Positions 55,919-59,332 of a stretch of DNA of 59,332 nt are shown one piece after another. Position 1 is the first letter of the stretch, and every line of letters starts with the position of its first letter. The stretch covers positions 1 to 59,332 of the forward strand of contig CAYRBH010000006.1 in NCBI GenBank assembly GCA_964422585.1, written 5' to 3'. The notes under the pieces were generated by a model. That model ran no database searches. It worked only from the letters and a program-made list of their open reading frames with translations, and had not been told where the DNA came from. Position numbers and translations under genes: made by a program. Source of the stretch: an uncultured Gammaproteobacteria bacterium. Its GTDB lineage: Bacteria > Patescibacteriota > Patescibacteriia > UBA1558 > 2-01-FULL-52-15.

Positions 55919-56824
55919 ATGGACGCTACACCACTCAGCATCACGATCGGAATCACGACCCGTTATGGGTCTGATGGATTGCTCGAAACAGTAGCCTCAA
56001 TCAACAGATCGCGCAATCTACCGCCTTTTCGTTTGATTATTCTATCTGACGCTGCTCCACTAAGGACGGATCTGTTGAGCACATTACAGTCGCTCGGAGC
56101 TGAAGTCATAGAAAATCCAGAGCCCAGCAGCCAAGCAAAAAAACAGCGTCAGATCCTCGAGATGACCGCTTCAGACATCATCGTCTTCACTGAAGATGAC
56201 GTGCTCTTCGAAGAGGACACCTTAGCGAAAGGAGTTGCCTGCTTCACAGCAGATCCGACGCTGGATTTCGTCAGCATGCGCAGTCAACCGATGGATGCCA
56301 GTACTGTATTCGAAGGCGCCATCAATATTGGCAGCGCTATCGTACACAAGGTAGCCCAGCGCTGGAATAATGGTCATAACTATCTCACCATCGATGGGCG
56401 CTGTATGCTCTTCCGCACAGAAACACTAAAAACAATCAGCATTCCGGACGATATTGTTAGCTTAGACGCCTACCTCTACCTAGCATATACAGAGCGCCAT
56501 TTGAAGTATAGGTATCACATTGATGGTGCGGTGCGTTTCAGAAATCCGCAGCATCTTGATGAACATAGACGCAAGAGCAGTCGCTTCCAGCATGAGGATA
56601 TGGAGATGCAGAGATACTTCCCGAACTGCGATAGCGAGTTCTCCATACCACGACTGCTATTACTGAAAGTTACCAGCGCTGAGGTGCTGAAACAACCGGC
56701 ACAAGGATTACTCTATATCGTGATTACCCTCTATACGCGCCTCTTCCCTATCGCGCCGGACAAAGCGCTCAACACACTCTGGGAAGTCGACCCCTCAACC
56801 AAAAAAAGCGGGCTTCGGGACTGA
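55919..56824 (+). CDS. Family 2 glycosyltransferase
   Basis: ITIGI, LI.LSD, IIVFTEDDV, GRCMLFR, D.YL. Confidence 0.85.
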   Translation: MDATPLSITIGITTRYGSDGLLETVASINRSRNLPPFRLIILSDAAPLRTDLLSTLQSLGAEVIENPEPSSQAKKQRQILEMTASDIIVFTEDDVLFEEDTLAKGVACFTADPTLDFVSMRSQPMDASTVFEGAINIGSAIVHKVAQRWNNGHNYLTIDGRCMLFRTETLKTISIPDDIVSLDAYLYLAYTERHLKYRYHIDGAVRFRNPQHLDEHRRKSSRFQHEDMEMQRYFPNCDSEFSIPRLLLLKVTSAEVLKQPAQGLLYIVITLYTRLFPIAPDKALNTLWEVDPSTKKSGLRD

Positions 56825-56883
56825 CATAGTACCGTACGGATCTCATCCGCTGAGCACAGCGTATTCTATGCTATACTATAATT

Positions 56884-57546
56884 ATGCAAAAAAACGGCTT
56901 TACATTGATCGAGCTTCTGGGAGTGGTGTTCATGATAGTCATTCTTGCCAGCATGCTGATATTGTATCTTAATGGCTATCGAGATAAAGCTCTATCAACG
57001 AATGCCAAGTATGAGATGAGCCAATATGAGAACGCCATCATTATCGCCCGGCAGCAGAGCCACCTGCGGCTTCGGGATATTACTGGTTCAGTTTGGAGCG
57101 CCGGACCTTGTATCTGTAATACCGTTAACGCAACGGGCAATGATTGCAGCGATTATGAACAAGACGTTGACCTGCGTGGCCTCACCAGAGCATCTGACCC
57201 TGGAACAGCAGGAGGTGGCGCGCCAACAACCCAAAAAGGACGTTGCTGGCAATCGTTATTCAATGCCGCTCAAGCAATACAAAATGCAACCGGCGGAGTT
57301 GTAAAAGGCTTAATAAATAGTGCCGGCACCGACTTGGGACCGGTCGCGGTTGATCCGTGGAATAGTCCTTATTTGGTCGATGAAAATGAAGGAGAGGATC
57401 CGGCGCCGGATTACTGCAGAGCGGATTATGTCTATTCAAATGGACCTGACGGCAAGGACAGCAAGTCAGGTGCTGCAGGCACCGCGGCCGACGATAATAT
57501 TATAACCTATATTCAACCGGTAACCTGCTCGAACCCGACCTACTAA
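56884..57546 (+). CDS. Type IV pilin/pseudopilin-like protein
   Basis: GFTLIELL; DPWNSPY; S.GPDG. Confidence 0.85.
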   Translation: MQKNGFTLIELLGVVFMIVILASMLILYLNGYRDKALSTNAKYEMSQYENAIIIARQQSHLRLRDITGSVWSAGPCICNTVNATGNDCSDYEQDVDLRGLTRASDPGTAGGGAPTTQKGRCWQSLFNAAQAIQNATGGVVKGLINSAGTDLGPVAVDPWNSPYLVDENEGEDPAPDYCRADYVYSNGPDGKDSKSGAAGTAADDNIITYIQPVTCSNPTY

Positions 57547-57656
57547 CGAGAAGTTGCGCAAAATACTATCTATGCTAAGCTCGCCTATTCAGCGGCTTTT
57601 TTCTTGTCTAACAACCCGCAATCGTTCTTCCAACTACAGCAATAGGAGCTACTACC

Positions 57657-58778
57657 ATGAGCGGACAGCTGAACTACGTAGGGCCTGCCGTAAACTACGA
57701 GGAACTCGACCCATTCAAGATCGCGACCCAAGAAGCGGCTCGAAGTACGGCAGGTAATATCCGCCGACTCGGACTCTCAGAAGTCCCCGAGAGCCGCGGC
57801 GAGAGCGTCTACCTGATCCGTCACCCAGACCACTACGAAGCTCATGTCGAGGAGGGCCTGGGCACCAAGAACTTGGTCGCGGATGCGGTCGGCGCGCGCA
57901 TCGATGACTGGCACTACTATCACCACATCGGCCAGGACACCGTCGCCATGATCGTCAACGACATGGTCACGCTCGGCGCGCTGCCAGTTTCGGTAGCCAT
58001 GCATCTTGCGGTCGGCTCAGCCGACTGGTTCAAGAACCAACCGCGCTGGCGATTCTTAGTAGATGGGTGGAAATACGCCTGCGACCTCGCGGGTTGCGTA
58101 TGGGGACCCGGAGAAACGCCGGCCCTCAAGGACAATGTGACGCCCGAAGGTGCCGTGATTAGCGGTTCGGCAGTCGGTATCGTTAAGCCGCTGAGCCGGC
58201 TCATCAGCGGGAACATTCATGACGGCGACGCGATCGTCCTGCTGAAGAGTTCCGGCATTCACGCGAACGGATTAACCGATGCCAGAGAAATCGCCGCGAG
58301 ACTGCCGGCAGGCTACCTGACCAGACTGACTGACAACAGGACCTACGGCGAGACACTCCTCGATCCGACGATCATCTACGTTCGCTTGATCGAAGAATGT
58401 CTGAGAGCCGGCCTCGACATTCACTACACGGTGAACATCACCGGCCATGGCTGGCGGAAACTCATGCGTTCTCCGCTGCCATTCACCTACGTGATTGAGC
58501 ATGTGCCGAAGTCGCTTCCGATCTTCGATTTCCTGAAGGCGCACAGCGGCCGGCGTGACCGCGCCATGTACGAGTACTTCAACATGGGCGCTGGATTCGC
58601 GATCATGCTGCCACGAAGAGAAGCGGCCGAGGTCTCACACATCGCCGCGCAGCTCAACGCAGAAGGCCACAACTACGGGCCCATTCTCGCCGGCTACGTC
58701 AAAGCAAGCAGACGACGTCGGGTTGAGATTCGGCCGAAGTACATCGTCTTCGACGAAGAAGACCTCCAGATCCGCTGA
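57657..58778 (+). CDS. purM: Phosphoribosylformylglycinamidine cyclo-ligase (AIR synthase)
   Basis: EGLGTK, DTVAM.VND....GA.P, GPGET, SSGIHANG, NITG.G, Y..FNMGAGF; GC-rich with AGGAG SD. Confidence 0.85.
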   Translation: MSGQLNYVGPAVNYEELDPFKIATQEAARSTAGNIRRLGLSEVPESRGESVYLIRHPDHYEAHVEEGLGTKNLVADAVGARIDDWHYYHHIGQDTVAMIVNDMVTLGALPVSVAMHLAVGSADWFKNQPRWRFLVDGWKYACDLAGCVWGPGETPALKDNVTPEGAVISGSAVGIVKPLSRLISGNIHDGDAIVLLKSSGIHANGLTDAREIAARLPAGYLTRLTDNRTYGETLLDPTIIYVRLIEECLRAGLDIHYTVNITGHGWRKLMRSPLPFTYVIEHVPKSLPIFDFLKAHSGRRDRAMYEYFNMGAGFAIMLPRREAAEVSHIAAQLNAEGHNYGPILAGYVKASRRRRVEIRPKYIVFDEEDLQIR

Positions 58779-58800
58779 TTAACGTTCGTTCATTCAATAC

Positions 58801-58845
58801 AAAACCGCCCGTTCCTGGGACTGCCAACCAGGAACGGGTTTTGCT
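58801..58845. terminator. Hairpin between purM and the 16S 3' trailer
   Basis: AAAACCGCCCGTTCCTGG ... CCAGGAACGGGTTTTG. Confidence 0.6.
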
Positions 58846-58869
58846 TTATTGCCCTTCGGGCATACACGT

Positions 58870-59113
58870 TCAAAAGATCAGTTTCAAGGTAAACAAAAAA
58901 CTCCAGGGTCGTATATAACTCTGGAGCCTTTTGTTTGTAATACCCGACCTGGTGGTCGGATGATATGAGAAGTTTCGGCTCTCGCCGATTTATTTACATT
59001 GCCTCCGCTTCACTTCGGCTTGCATATTCAAAAGATCAGTTATCAGTATAAATGAAAAATCCCAGAATCGTATATAATTCTGGGACCTTTCATTTGTAAT
59101 CAAAAGATCAGTT
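58870..59113 (-). repeat. Three boxA-like AACTGATCTTTTGA copies and two covarying hairpin units downstream of 16S
   Basis: 14-mer at 58870, 59027 and 59100; units 58870-58941 and 59027-59100. Confidence 0.75.
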
Positions 59114-59293
59114 GAAGAAAATGTTAATCACACCTCAACAACTAACAGGTGACAGGTTGCTCAATACTCTGTTCCACCAAGATACCGACATTGAATTGCT
59201 TCAATGTGGTACACGGCATCTGTTTACGTACGTATAACAGATGCATCGACCTGTCCGACATAGCTCGCGCTAGTATCGAACTGGTTACTCCTT

Positions 59294-59332
59294 AGAAAGG
59301 AGGTGATCCATCCACAGCTTCCGCTACGGATG
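59294..59332 (-). rRNA. rrs: 16S rRNA, 3' end (partial)
   Basis: Minus strand reads CATCCGTAGCGGAAGCTGTGGATGGATCACCTCCTTTCT: helix 45 and intact anti-SD. Confidence 0.93.

Noticed and set aside
8383-58782. Many 60-190 aa ORFs antisense to or overlapping long genes (e.g. 12476..12868, 16512..16961, 25724..26233, 40804..41361, 46299..46739)
   Set aside because: Shadow frames of well-supported genes; no independent motifs, promoters or SD

Overview
Chromosomal window from a small-genome bacterium, most likely Patescibacteria/CPR. This is an inference from CPR-type pilins, C39 lipoprotein, surface-protein repeats, the CCTGCCTGCCGGCAGGCAGG palindrome and mostly SD-less genes; genetic code 11. The first 7.36 kb is an integron-like gene-cassette array: 10 cassettes, 9 complete attC-like sites plus one half site, and no integrase in the window. 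The array is atypical in four ways. Sites are long (136-258 bp) with a two-arm modular interior. The core geometry is non-canonical. Most cassettes are bracketed by their own 19-28 bp inverted repeats. Two sites (620 and 721 bp) carry a complete IR-flanked gene inside the attC loop. The rest is housekeeping and envelope genes: comM, lspA, DksA/TraR-like, pnp, rpsO, a suf operon split by a foreign STAS-gene island, uppP, mscL, pilins, GT-C glycosyltransferases and purM. It also holds 7 tRNAs and the 3' end of a 16S rRNA gene not followed by 23S. Other points: a catalytically degenerate Xer-like recombinase, a gene interrupted by two in-frame TAG codons, dispersed self-contained promoter-SD-ORF-terminator units among leaderless host genes, a shared palindromic operator, a candidate attenuator, and several candidate structured RNAs.
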